Assembly: GCA_001683985.1 (NCBI GenBank)
Contig: MAEO01000126.1
Coordinates: 1,308 to 65,307, forward strand
Length of the DNA stretch: 64,000 nt
DNA from: Smithella sp. M82
GTDB lineage: Bacteria > Desulfobacterota > Syntrophia > Syntrophales > Smithellaceae
Direction: 5' to 3'
This document shows positions 45,401 to 54,104 of this stretch, piece by piece. A program made the translations under genes and the position numbers. Position 1 is the stretch's first letter, and each line of letters starts with the position of its first letter. Below the pieces are notes generated by a model. That model did no database searches, had not been told where the DNA came from, and worked only from the letters and a program-made list of their open reading frames with translations.

Positions 45401-46337
45401 CAACAGTGAGTTTCGGCATATCGTCAACTATCTCTATAGTAATGGTCGCCGGTGCCGATGTGCCCGTACCGTCGGATACGGTCAAACTGAACACATCCGT
45501 CTCCGGAACCGCCGGTGCATCCGTCGCCGGGGTCTTTAATTCATAGGTGTAATTGGCTACACCTGTCGCAGGATCGTAACTCGTGATCGTCAGGTCGCCG
45601 TTCGTGCCATGGATAACGTTGCCCGCTAAACTACCTATCGCTACTGTCGTGCCGTTGATCGTCACGCTCTGTATATCACCCAATCCGTCCGGATCGGATA
45701 TCGTGAAACTACCATAGGCAAACTCCGTATTGGCTGCCGCGTCGGAACCGCCCGCCAATCCGGATTCGGACACCACATCCGGTTGACCATCCGCTAACGG
45801 ATTGACATTAACGGTCGGGATTGTGTTTATCGGCTGTTCCGGATCGTAATCGTTCAATCCTATTGCGCCAAATGATATTCCCTGTGTTTCAGCTCCGCTT
45901 TCCGGGGTCACCTCTGCCCAGTCAGGGGTTACAACAAAAACCGGATGGCCTCCTCCTGAGCTTGCTTCTGCACCGGCAGCAGTCGCATCCAGCACTATCG
46001 GCTGTTCGCCTGACAGCAATGCGGCCTGAATTGCATCTTTCTCTGCTGCAGCTTCAGTAGAAGCATCCGGAGATGCTGTGCCATAAACATCTTCATCAAT
46101 GACCATATTGGACATTCTGCCGAGATCCAGTTGAACCGGATTGGCCGTATCAAAAACAATTGATACACTTGCGTTATCTCCAGTTATGATTTGATCGTCC
46201 GCAAAAACCGGACTGTTTATTTTAAGTATCCGTACCGTACCATCAGGTGATACCGCCTTTACGTTCCCGTAAAGGATGGCAACTTTTCCAGTTACCTGAT
46301 GTCCTTTTTCTATTGCGGCTTTTTTGATCTCGGCCAT
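42480..46337 (-). CDS. LapA-like giant RTX adhesin with N-terminal retention module, two VWA domains and C-terminal RTX repeats
   Basis: The N-terminus (..VTGKVAILYGNVKAVSPDGTVRIL..) is followed by TAAG at aa 119-122. Two VWA/MIDAS domains are present (ILDNSGSM.., LDTSGSM..). T1SS-type repeat blocks end in ..VDDMP/..LDDMP. The C-terminal nonapeptides include GGDGNDLIFGD and GGNDLIDAGHGNDIVYGQEGNDVINGDAGNDILSGG. Confidence 0.85.
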   Translation of the reverse strand: MAEIKKAAIEKGHQVTGKVAILYGNVKAVSPDGTVRILKINSPVFADDQIITGDNASVSIVFDTANPVQLDLGRMSNMVIDEDVYGTASPDASTEAAAEKDAIQAALLSGEQPIVLDATAAGAEASSGGGHPVFVVTPDWAEVTPESGAETQGISFGAIGLNDYDPEQPINTIPTVNVNPLADGQPDVVSESGLAGGSDAAANTEFAYGSFTISDPDGLGDIQSVTINGTTVAIGSLAGNVIHGTNGDLTITSYDPATGVANYTYELKTPATDAPAVPETDVFSLTVSDGTGTSAPATITIEIVDDMPKLTVAADSLTVDEDGLTGHAQDGTPLNTGEVTGTGSASATGNLIDNFNFGADGPATTPIYSINSINGHTAGADGHIVINETGYILDVDVVTGNYTFTLTDNLIHDPIQGENLQALLANGIDLNVVAQDGDGDQVSGTVTLNVNVLDDMPTAGDQNVTVDASTSVGSNLLIILDNSGSMAENSGVDGLTRLELAKNAIEQLINEYDGHGDVMVRIVTFNTTADDVGEHWMTANDAITALESITANGSTNYDAALASAIEAFHDPGAIPGGQFVSYFLSDGEPNRPIGSVGISDSETTVWEHFLAEHDVTSYALGMGTDVSATSLAPIAYDGVNETQIDPIVVTDLSQLDNTLIDTVINPGTATGNLITGSSDVSFGADGPADLKIVSIAHDTNGDGSIDSTEIYNTSSSYYDSASNTLNITTHEGGTLAVNFATGDYTYTSPSTPPLASSEVFTYIIMDGDGDTASATLTVNLPADNMLVVGRNVNDSILQTVHHYIDHTPPYDGPITGGGGNDVLVGDIGGSKIMGKSLNLSLVLDTSGSMTESITFNGTTMTRLEALKISVNNTLTDLANGPAENVRVQIVDFSTNSSQLGIYDLKAGELQAAINAINNLHAGGGTNYEAGLQEALSWANSIGVHAPLTGENVISQVIFISDGEPTYYYKDDADSPGLFNSNLGGTGKVFDQTALDHILPVADDSDTISEVQELLAKGFTIEAVGINVSDTNLDHLNQVEGASATVSPDVANNITTGEQLNQVLADITQHTDLDRAGDDHIIGGDGNDLIFGDVPNTDALADTNGLTTPDGAGWEVFEKLGWTEQQIIDYIKANHATLSEESGREGGNDLIDAGHGNDIVYGQEGNDVINGDAGNDILSGGTGHNTLHGGSGADTFIVSNGAHDHILDYSKTSLDKVDISSVLDEGIGDHLNVIANADGSARLQILDSTNVEKASVSFENIHYADLGDMGPGNELDSLLGKVDVDQ

Positions 46338-46424
46338 GATTTTTTCTCCTTTATTATATTAATTTATAATTATATTTTTATATTAATTTGAGTTATAATT
46401 TACACATTCTTATATGCAAGTCTA

Positions 46425-46448
46425 TTGTACCTTGGTACAATGGTACAA
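46425..46448. promoter_or_regulatory. Palindrome/direct-repeat operator candidate in the lapA-like / lapG divergent region
   Basis: TTGTACC-tt-GGTACAA is a perfect 7-2-7 palindrome (46425-46440). It is immediately followed by a second TGGTACAA (46441-48). Confidence 0.4.
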
Positions 46449-46617
46449 TTTTTATTATTTTAAATAGTACGCATGATTCTTTTAAAAATCAATTACCTTG
46501 ACAGGACATATAATCCGTGATTATAAGCAGTTACAAATAATCCATAATAATTTCGTCTTCCAAAGAAATGGAGTCAATAAACTGTTCTCGTTATTTTTAT
46601 AAAAGGGATCACGAATC

Positions 46618-47307
46618 TTGGCGCCTCTTGAATCCTCCAAAACTTCAAATATAATCAAAATCATAATACTTTTGGTAGTTGTTCTTGTAGGATTCATTGT
46701 CACCGGATCGGTCTTTACGGGTGAGAAATTTTATCTTGATCCCAAAGTCCTTCAAAAAGCACAGGAAAAATACGGTCAGGAAGCACGGATGCGTCTCGCT
46801 TCCTGGGAAGACATTTTAAAGAATGAGGGCGGAACTGACAGGGAAAAACTGGAAAAAATAAATTCTTTTTTTAATAAAAAAATTGTTTTCGTAAATGATA
46901 CAGATCTTTACGGAACAAAAGATTACTGGGCGACTCCGGTTGAATTTCTTGCCAGAGGAGCGGGTGATTGTGAGGATTATGCCATCGCCAAGTATTTCAG
47001 TCTTAAAATAATGGGCGTGGCTGAAGAAAAGCTGAGAATTGCCTACGTCAAGGCGCTACAATACAATATTTTTCACATGGTTATGTTGTACTACAGTAAC
47101 CCGGGAGCCGAACCTTTAATCCTCGACAGTCTCGTTGATTCCATCAATCCGGCATCGCAACGACGGGATCTCCTACCCATATTTACTTTCAACGGTGCGG
47201 GACTATGGCTGGCTCATGATCGCGGACAAGGAAAACTTGCCGGTAAAAGCAGTAGACTTGCGGCATGGAACGACCTTCTGCAAAGAATGGCAGGAACCGG
47301 AATTTAA
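46618..47307 (+). CDS. lapG: LapG-type periplasmic transglutaminase-like cysteine protease (BTLCP)
   Basis: Signal anchor. The Cys-His-Asp triad context reads GAGDCEDYAIAKYFSL .. FHMVMLYY .. LILDSL. It lies adjacent to lapD and diverges from a TAAG-bearing adhesin gene. The TTG start is uncertain. Confidence 0.85.
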   Translation: MAPLESSKTSNIIKIIILLVVVLVGFIVTGSVFTGEKFYLDPKVLQKAQEKYGQEARMRLASWEDILKNEGGTDREKLEKINSFFNKKIVFVNDTDLYGTKDYWATPVEFLARGAGDCEDYAIAKYFSLKIMGVAEEKLRIAYVKALQYNIFHMVMLYYSNPGAEPLILDSLVDSINPASQRRDLLPIFTFNGAGLWLAHDRGQGKLAGKSSRLAAWNDLLQRMAGTGI

Positions 47308-47325
47308 TTTAACAGGAGGCTTTAA

Positions 47326-49284
47326 ATGACTCTTTACAGGCAATTAGTTATTTTTACTGTATTATTGTTTTTAATTCTTTTCACGGGAACATGGTTCGCC
47401 AAGTTTGAGAGCACACGATCATTCCTGACAAACCAGCTTGAATCCCATGCTCAGGATACGGCAAGTTCTCTCGGCCTTGCTGTCTCGCAATACCCGGACG
47501 ACATGGTCAGCGTGGAAACCATGATCAATGCTATTTTCGACAGGGGATATTACGAAACGATCAGATTTATTGATCCTAACGGAAAGATCTTATTAGAAAG
47601 AAATCTGAAGGTAGTCATTGAAGGAGTGCCTTCATGGTTCATCAAGCTGGTCCCGTTAAAAGTACCCGAGGCCAATGCCTATGTCACGGCCGGCTGGCGC
47701 CAGGCGGGAACAATTTATGTCAAAAGCCATGCCGGATATGCTTACAACAGTCTATGGCAGGATATTAAGCATACAACATTACTTTTTGCGCTGTGCGGAA
47801 TTTTTATATTGATCGCGGGCGGCTTTGGATTACGTATGCTTCTGCGTCCCCTGGTCCTCGTTGAACAGCAGGCAGATGCTTTATGCCGAAAGGAATACGA
47901 AATTCAGACAAAGATACCAAGAACAAGAGAACTGCGGCGCATTGTTTTTGTGATGAACCGCATGACGGAAAAAGTGAAAGAAATGTTTTCCGAACAGGTA
48001 ACTCAGGCAGAGGCTCTGAGGGAACGAGCCTATAACGACACTTTAACGGGAATTGGCAACCGCCGTTATTTCGAGAGTCAAGTTACAGCTTATCTTGATA
48101 ACAAAGACAGCAATATAAAAGGATTTTTCTTACTGATCCGCATCCATGGTTTAGAAATACTCAATGAACAAAGAGGGTTCCTCATTGCCGACGAATTATT
48201 GAAAAAAGTCGCCTCTTTATTACAGGAAACTGCCGCAGGACTTGTTGGTTCAATTCTTGCCCGGCTTTCCGGAAGCGATTTTGGATTATTCCTGCCCGAT
48301 TATCCATCATCCGATGCAGACCGTCTTTCCCACGAGGTGACCAACAAACTCAGTGGATTAGTAGCAGCAGACATAACAGCTACAGACAATGTCTCCAACA
48401 TAGGGGCATGCGCTTTTGACCGCTCTGTTACTCTTGGTCAACTTCTTGCAGAAGCAGATTTGGCGCTGGCCGCTGCCACAAAGGTTGGGGCTAATACCTG
48501 GCATGTCCGCACCATTATGGAAAGTAGCGCCAATGTTCCTTTCGGACAAAACCAATGGAAAGAAGCGCTGGAAAAAGTACTTAAAGACCGTCGAATAGTC
48601 CTATACTCACAGCCGGTCGTAAAAGCCGTGGATCGTAATATCGTACTTCATCAGGAAATATTTTCCCGAATCGTCCTTGACAAAGGTGAAATCATCAATG
48701 CCGGTGTTTTCATCCCTGTTGCCGAACGTTTGAAACTTATTTCTTCTCTGGATCGCCTGATTATCGAAGAGGTAATAAAACTTGATTGCAATACGCTTGG
48801 CACCGATACTGTCGCGGTCAATTTATCCCCTTCATCATTGCAGGATAAATCTTTCGTTCAGTGGGTACAGCATACTTTAGTAAATTTACCCGAAAACACG
48901 CCTAAAATAATTTTTGAATTCCCGGAATTTGGCGCTGTCCAAAATGAAAATATTTTAAAGTCTTTCACTGCAGTTATTCGTGCGTGCGGCCATAAACTGG
49001 GGTTGGACCATTATGGTCAAAGTTGCGGGAACTTGAAATACCTTCAATCCCTGCGGCCGGATTACGTGAAAATTGACCGGGCATATACAGGTGAGTTAAA
49101 AGCTGAAGACAACGACAGCCGCTTCTTTATCAGCTCCATTTGCAGCGTAGCACACAGTATCGATGTTGTAGTTATTGCTGAAGGTGTCGAGACAGAAAAG
49201 CAATGGCAGCTTCTGCGAGAACTTAATATTGATGCTATTCAGGGCTATATAATAGATCGTTCGAAGCCGATCACAAAAACCTGA
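47326..49284 (+). CDS. lapD: LapD-type inner-membrane c-di-GMP receptor (TM-periplasmic-TM-HAMP-degenerate GGDEF-degenerate EAL)
   Basis: The periplasmic loop motif is TAGWRQAG (W124). The GGDEF position reads SGSDF. The EAL-domain positions are degenerate (..FEFPE.., ..LDHYG..). Domain order and size (652 aa) match LapD. Confidence 0.85.
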   Translation: MTLYRQLVIFTVLLFLILFTGTWFAKFESTRSFLTNQLESHAQDTASSLGLAVSQYPDDMVSVETMINAIFDRGYYETIRFIDPNGKILLERNLKVVIEGVPSWFIKLVPLKVPEANAYVTAGWRQAGTIYVKSHAGYAYNSLWQDIKHTTLLFALCGIFILIAGGFGLRMLLRPLVLVEQQADALCRKEYEIQTKIPRTRELRRIVFVMNRMTEKVKEMFSEQVTQAEALRERAYNDTLTGIGNRRYFESQVTAYLDNKDSNIKGFFLLIRIHGLEILNEQRGFLIADELLKKVASLLQETAAGLVGSILARLSGSDFGLFLPDYPSSDADRLSHEVTNKLSGLVAADITATDNVSNIGACAFDRSVTLGQLLAEADLALAAATKVGANTWHVRTIMESSANVPFGQNQWKEALEKVLKDRRIVLYSQPVVKAVDRNIVLHQEIFSRIVLDKGEIINAGVFIPVAERLKLISSLDRLIIEEVIKLDCNTLGTDTVAVNLSPSSLQDKSFVQWVQHTLVNLPENTPKIIFEFPEFGAVQNENILKSFTAVIRACGHKLGLDHYGQSCGNLKYLQSLRPDYVKIDRAYTGELKAEDNDSRFFISSICSVAHSIDVVVIAEGVETEKQWQLLRELNIDAIQGYIIDRSKPITKT

Positions 49285-49727
49285 CACCAAGTCGCATGTA
49301 AGTTACCGCCTGACAGGCGGTAATTACCGGTAAGGTAAAAATGTGATTTATTATGCGCTCCCCTGCGGGATGCGTTTCCGGTTTTTAGCTAACTTTGTTG
49401 GCATAGCCTGCCCCGGCGCAGGCCGGGATTGGCTTCCTCAACGTATTAGTAATACGCTTGCGGAGCCTCCTCCTTGCCCCGCTGAAACGGTACAGTTCAA
49501 CTAACGAATTCCTGTTCACCGCGTAATTGTAATTCGAGTTTCACTGCCGCCCCGCTATCTTTTGAAGGCAACTTGGTATGAGCTTAAATTTACATGGAAT
49601 CAAGGGTATAAACCCCAAAGCAAGCTTTGGAAACAGATTCCGCAACAAACTGCGGGGTATTACACCGGCCAAGCTTCAATAGGGGAATTCATAATTGATG
49701 TTAATATGTTTTGCATGCCCCGCAAAT

Positions 49728-49762
49728 AAAAAACCCGTGACGGAATTGCCACGGGTTTTTTT
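49728..49762. terminator. Bidirectional rho-independent terminator
   Basis: A6-CCCGTG-acggaattgc-CACGGG-T7. It lies 18 nt beyond the OmpA-family stop (49780) and closes the 495-bp non-coding region on the plus strand. Confidence 0.65.
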
Positions 49763-49779
49763 ATTCTAATAATTAATAC

Positions 49780-51159
49780 TTACTTTTTGATAATGTAATC
49801 CACTGCCGCTTCTACACGCCGGTTTTTCTGACGCCCTTCTTTTGTTTTATTAGAGTCGATTGGTTTTTCTGCACCGAAGCCGATTGCAGTCAGGCGCTTG
49901 GCATCAATACCTGATTTTTCTACGAGGTATTTCTTTACAGAATTAGCCCGTCGCTGGGAAAGTTTTTTATTGTAGTCCGGATCTTTGGATCTATTAATGT
50001 TATCGGTATGTCCTTCGATTGTTACGTTTAAATCCTCATATTTCTTCATAACATCAGCCAGCGCATCAATATCCTTAAAATAGTTTCCCTTGATGACGGA
50101 TTTGTCGAAATCAAACAATACGTTGAGGGTCGTTCTTCCTTTCTCCACAATCTCCGGGATAGGACAACCATCCTTATCTACCTTCACACCGGCAGGAGTG
50201 TCGGGACACTTGTCCCTACCGTCACACACGCCGTCCGAATCGGTATCTTTGGGGCAACCGTTTTCATCGACTGTGCAGCCGGCAAGTGTATCAGGACACT
50301 TGTCACAACCGTCGCACACACCATCATTGTCGGAATCCTTGGAACATCCATTCTCATCGACAATACAGCAGGAGGGTGTATCGGGGCACTTATCGCAACC
50401 ATCACATATACCATCCTTGTCGGAATCAATGGGACAACCATCATCGTCGACTACGCAACATTGAGGCACATTGGTACATTTCTTTTGCTTAACAACAGGT
50501 AGCGGTTCCGGTGGAGGCGGGGGGGCAACAGGTTCTACACCGCCGAAGTGGTAATTCAGGCCGACCGAAAGAATGTGATCTCCCAATGTAGCGTCTTCCC
50601 CGGGGATTTCACATTCGGTAAAGAAGTAGCGGTATCCAAAATCGATGGACAAACTGGGAATGATTTCCAGGTTTATTCCGGCTATTCCCTGCACCGCGTA
50701 ATTATTAAAGGATTCATCAATCGATCCGCCGGCTATTTCACCCATTGACCAACCTGCACCAACTCCAATGTAGGGTCGAATCATTCCTTCCGGATACCTT
50801 AATAAAAGATTGACCATCAGGTTGTTTGATTTATAGTACTCCGTTCCGGGGTCATCGAAATCCTGGTCGTGGAGATACATATACTCCAGTTCAGCAGCTA
50901 ACCATTTGAATGGGAAGATATAACCGGCTTTAGCTGCGGCTGCCCAACTGTTGTTGAGCTTAATTGACGGCCCATTGTCAACCTTAAGTTCATCAGGTAC
51001 GACAAAACCACCGAAAACTCCAACATAGAACGGATTATAGATTTCTACCGGTTCTTGAGTGGCTTGGATGGGTTCCGCGGCTGAAACAAATGATGATAAA
51101 GTTAAAAGTAGAAATGAAGCTACGATTAGCACTAAATAAGGGAAAGAATGTTTATTCAT
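49780..51159 (-). CDS. OmpA-family outer-membrane protein with beta-barrel N-domain, thrombospondin type-3 repeats and OmpA_C peptidoglycan-binding domain
   Basis: The start is placed at ATG 51159, with an AGGAGG RBS 7 nt upstream. A signal peptide ends ..FVSAAEP. TSP3 repeats read DSDKDGICDGCDKCPDT (x3-4). The C-terminal ..IEGHTDN..YNKKLSQRRANSV..NRRVE is the OmpA_C motif. Confidence 0.85.
   Translation of the reverse strand: MNKHSFPYLVLIVASFLLLTLSSFVSAAEPIQATQEPVEIYNPFYVGVFGGFVVPDELKVDNGPSIKLNNSWAAAAKAGYIFPFKWLAAELEYMYLHDQDFDDPGTEYYKSNNLMVNLLLRYPEGMIRPYIGVGAGWSMGEIAGGSIDESFNNYAVQGIAGINLEIIPSLSIDFGYRYFFTECEIPGEDATLGDHILSVGLNYHFGGVEPVAPPPPPEPLPVVKQKKCTNVPQCCVVDDDGCPIDSDKDGICDGCDKCPDTPSCCIVDENGCSKDSDNDGVCDGCDKCPDTLAGCTVDENGCPKDTDSDGVCDGRDKCPDTPAGVKVDKDGCPIPEIVEKGRTTLNVLFDFDKSVIKGNYFKDIDALADVMKKYEDLNVTIEGHTDNINRSKDPDYNKKLSQRRANSVKKYLVEKSGIDAKRLTAIGFGAEKPIDSNKTKEGRQKNRRVEAAVDYIIKK
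50158..50460 (-). repeat. In-frame tandem coding repeats (~93 bp / 31 aa) encoding TSP3 calcium-binding units
   Basis: Three successive 31-aa units read CC(V/I)VD(D/E)xGCxxDSDxDG(I/V)CDGCDKCPDT.., followed by a partial fourth. Confidence 0.8.
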
Positions 51160-51378
51160 AAGCAATCCTCCTTTCAAGGAATTTTTTTAATTATTGAACA
51201 TATTTGATCTTTATAAGCGATAGAAAATTAAAAGTAAAGATTAATTTTATAAATTTTTTAAATCATAATATTTGTAAAATTTAAACTTTTTCAATGTAAT
51301 ACAAAAATATAATTGAGCCTGCATATCCTCAAAGCATTGAAAGATTCTTAAGCCAAGCCGGATGAAAGGCAAACAGCA

Positions 51379-52476
51379 TTATAAATAACCGTTTTTATTG
51401 ATGACATGAACGGAAGTTGCCTTGAAGGAAGCGACTACTGTCGCCCCTTGAGTTATGCCTAAATCTTCGCAAGAAGTTATTGTAACGTACGCGACCAAAG
51501 GGAATCCACAATCGAGAATAAGTTTATTAAAAAATCCCTGGCGGATAATTTTGGTTACTTTTGCTTCAAAGATATTGCGCGCACTGCTTTTACCCGACTT
51601 TTGGCTAAATACGGTAACATTCTCCGGCCTCAAACAGCAGTAAACCTTTTGTCCGATGGAACAATCGCCTATAGCCGCTATTTCCTTTCCATAAACTGAA
51701 ACAACGATATTCCCTTCCGAACAGCTTTTCACCGTTCCCTCCAGTATTGTTTCCGTACCGACAAAATTGGCCACAAACTCCGAATCCGGATGATTGAATA
51801 CTTCGGTAGTTGTACCGGACTGAACTATTTTCCCGTTATTCATGACACTGACATCCTGCGCCAGACGCAACGTTTCTTCCCGATCGTGCAGAGCCAGCAC
51901 CGCCGTGATTTTTGTCTCAACCAGCGTATTTTTCAAATCGTCAATAATGGTTTCCCTCGAAGGAGGATCCAGTGAGTTGAATGCTTCATCGAGCAGGATT
52001 ATTTGCGGTTTAATGGCAAACGCCCGCGCCAGCGAGACTCTTTTTGCCTCCCCGCCGGAAAGCGCACGCGCCGATCTTTTCTCCAAATGACTTATGCCAA
52101 AATATTCCAAAGCCTGCCAAACTCTCGTCTTTATTTCTTCATTTTTAACTTTGCGGAATTTTAGACCCAGTGCAACATTTTCGAAAACATTGCTGTTCAA
52201 AAGCAGGGGTTCCTGAAAGACGACCGATACATTACGCCGCAACCTTGTCAGATCTGCCCTGCTTTCAACGGATGAATTCTGAAAATATATTTTACCCTGT
52301 TCCGGCTTCAACAAACCGGCCAGCATCAAAAGCAGAGTGGATTTACCTGCGCCGTTGGGCCCGATAAGCGCCAGAATTCTCCCCCGTTGCACATGCAATT
52401 CTGGAATACCCAGCACGGTTACACTACCGCGGCGCAAAATAATATTTTCTATCTTCATCAGAGATTCGTGATTCAT
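51379..52476 (-). CDS. ABC transporter ATP-binding protein with C-terminal TOBE-like domain (tungstate/molybdate type)
   Basis: Walker A is GPNGAGKST, the signature is LSGGEAKR and Walker B is ILLDEAF. The ~120-aa C-terminal extension is of TOBE/Mop type. It overlaps the permease gene by 4 nt. Confidence 0.85.
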   Translation of the reverse strand: MNHESLMKIENIILRRGSVTVLGIPELHVQRGRILALIGPNGAGKSTLLLMLAGLLKPEQGKIYFQNSSVESRADLTRLRRNVSVVFQEPLLLNSNVFENVALGLKFRKVKNEEIKTRVWQALEYFGISHLEKRSARALSGGEAKRVSLARAFAIKPQIILLDEAFNSLDPPSRETIIDDLKNTLVETKITAVLALHDREETLRLAQDVSVMNNGKIVQSGTTTEVFNHPDSEFVANFVGTETILEGTVKSCSEGNIVVSVYGKEIAAIGDCSIGQKVYCCLRPENVTVFSQKSGKSSARNIFEAKVTKIIRQGFFNKLILDCGFPLVAYVTITSCEDLGITQGATVVASFKATSVHVINKNGYL

Positions 52477-53171
52477 CGGGAATGTTGCCTTTGCTGTATT
52501 TGCGTAAGCAAAGCGTTAATAATAAAGGCGAGAATTAAAAGAATAATTCCCAGTGCGATCGCAATGTCAAAATTCCCTTTGCCTGTTTCCATAACTGTGG
52601 CTGTGGTTAGAACTCGCGAGTATCCTTTGATATTGCCGCCGACCATAATAGATGCTCCGACTTCGGAAATAACGCCTCCAAAACCAGCCATTACTGCCGC
52701 CAGCAGTGGAAGTTTCGCTTCCTTAATCAATATCCAAACCATCTGCAAGCGGCTTGCACCTAGAGACAAAATCTGCAGACGCAGATTTGGCGGCAGATTT
52801 TGAATGGAAGCCAACGATATGCCCATGACAATCGGCGTGGCAATAATCGCCTGAGCAATAATCATGGCATAAGGAGTATAGAGGATTTCCAAAAATCCGA
52901 AAGGACCGCTACGCCAAATCATCATCGTAACAAAAAGACCGACGACAACAGGAGGCAAACCCATTCCAGTATTGATTAAACTGATGACAAATCTTTTCCC
53001 GAAAAAATTATTCAAGGCAACGGCGGTTCCGATGGAAACTCCGATAAAAAGACTGATGAGTGTGGCTGTCCCTGATATTTTCAAAGACAGCCACGTTATT
53101 CCCAACACCTCGGGATCAAAATTAATGATTAATTCAAAAGCCTTTATTATGCCCTGAACGATTAATTCCAC
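52473..53171 (-). CDS. ABC transporter permease (TupB/ModB-like)
   Basis: 232 aa with about 5-6 TM helices and an EAA-like loop (..LSLGASRLQMVWILIKEAKLPLL..). Confidence 0.85.
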   Translation of the reverse strand: MELIVQGIIKAFELIINFDPEVLGITWLSLKISGTATLISLFIGVSIGTAVALNNFFGKRFVISLINTGMGLPPVVVGLFVTMMIWRSGPFGFLEILYTPYAMIIAQAIIATPIVMGISLASIQNLPPNLRLQILSLGASRLQMVWILIKEAKLPLLAAVMAGFGGVISEVGASIMVGGNIKGYSRVLTTATVMETGKGNFDIAIALGIILLILAFIINALLTQIQQRQHSR

Positions 53172-53200
53172 TTCTTAAACCTGTTGCACGTTCAATAAAC

Positions 53201-54076
53201 TTATTTTCCTAAGTCTTCCACTTTTTTCCCGGCATCAGGGAAAAATAAAGGCGATCCGTACTTATCAACTCCGAATGTCTTGATAATTGCCTGAGTCTTT
53301 TTCGAAACTACAAATTCGGCAAAAGCTTTGGCGCCGGGGGCATTAGCCTTCGGCCACTTGGCGCTGTTCACTTCAATCACATGATAAATATTAAGCAGTG
53401 CAGCGTCGCCTTCAACCAATATATCCAATCCCAGATTTTTCTTCAAAGCCAGATATGTTCCGCGATCCGCCAGCGTATAACCTTTTTTCTCCGCAGCGAC
53501 ATTTAAAGTCTGTCCCATACCCAGTCCTGTTTCCTGATACCATTTCTGGCCTGCGGGAGTTATTTCGGCTTTTTTCCATAATGCTTTTTCCTTGGCATGT
53601 GTTCCGGAATTATCACCTCGTGAGAGAAATAAACTTTCGGATTGGGCAATCATTTTCATCGCCTCTGCCGATGATTTTACACCTTTGATCTTTGCGGGAT
53701 CATTACCTGGACCGACAATAATGAAATCATTATGCATAACTAGCCGGCGATTGACGCCGTACCCTTCTTCAACGAACTTCTTTTCCGCATCCGGCGAATG
53801 AACCAGCATTACATCCGCTTCACCTTTTTCTCCCATTTTCATGGCCTGTCCGGAACCGACTGCAATTGTTTTAACAAAATAACCCGTCTTCTTCTCAAAA
53901 ATAGGAATCAAAACATCAAGCAATCCCGTATCCTGGGTACTGGTAGTTGTGGCAAGAATAATATTTTTCTGTTTGGGCGCTGATTTGCCGGCAAAAACAT
54001 TTGATGTCCCCAATGCCAAAAGTAACACAGCCAACATCAATATCAACACAACTTTACTGTTTCTGAAAACTTTCAT
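53201..54076 (-). CDS. tupA: Periplasmic tungstate-binding protein, TupA-like
   Basis: A signal peptide is present. ATTTSTQDTGLLDVL and SRGDNSGTH match the TupA-type anion-binding signatures (TTTS..G / RGD.SGT), as I recall them. Confidence 0.75.
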   Translation of the reverse strand: MKVFRNSKVVLILMLAVLLLALGTSNVFAGKSAPKQKNIILATTTSTQDTGLLDVLIPIFEKKTGYFVKTIAVGSGQAMKMGEKGEADVMLVHSPDAEKKFVEEGYGVNRRLVMHNDFIIVGPGNDPAKIKGVKSSAEAMKMIAQSESLFLSRGDNSGTHAKEKALWKKAEITPAGQKWYQETGLGMGQTLNVAAEKKGYTLADRGTYLALKKNLGLDILVEGDAALLNIYHVIEVNSAKWPKANAPGAKAFAEFVVSKKTQAIIKTFGVDKYGSPLFFPDAGKKVEDLGK

Positions 54077-54104
54077 AATTATTCTCCTTTATATTAAATT
54101 CTTC

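Noticed and set aside
42651-46060. Plus-strand ORFs inside the adhesin gene (for example 42651..43076, 44409..44702, 44674..45018, 45247..45546)
   Set aside because: They are antisense to a 1285-aa ORF with clear VWA/RTX domain content. Their compositions are typical of antisense frames of Gly/Asp/Thr-rich genes.
49285-49779. Known housekeeping RNAs (RNase P RNA, tmRNA, SRP RNA, tRNA) in the 495-bp non-coding region
   Set aside because: The signature strings are absent on both strands: GGAAAGTCCGGGC for RNase P, the tmRNA tag/3' tRNA-like end, the SRP GGAA/AGCA helix-8 motifs and tRNA T-loop GTTCRANYC with matching arms. The region is kept only as an unexplained structured region.
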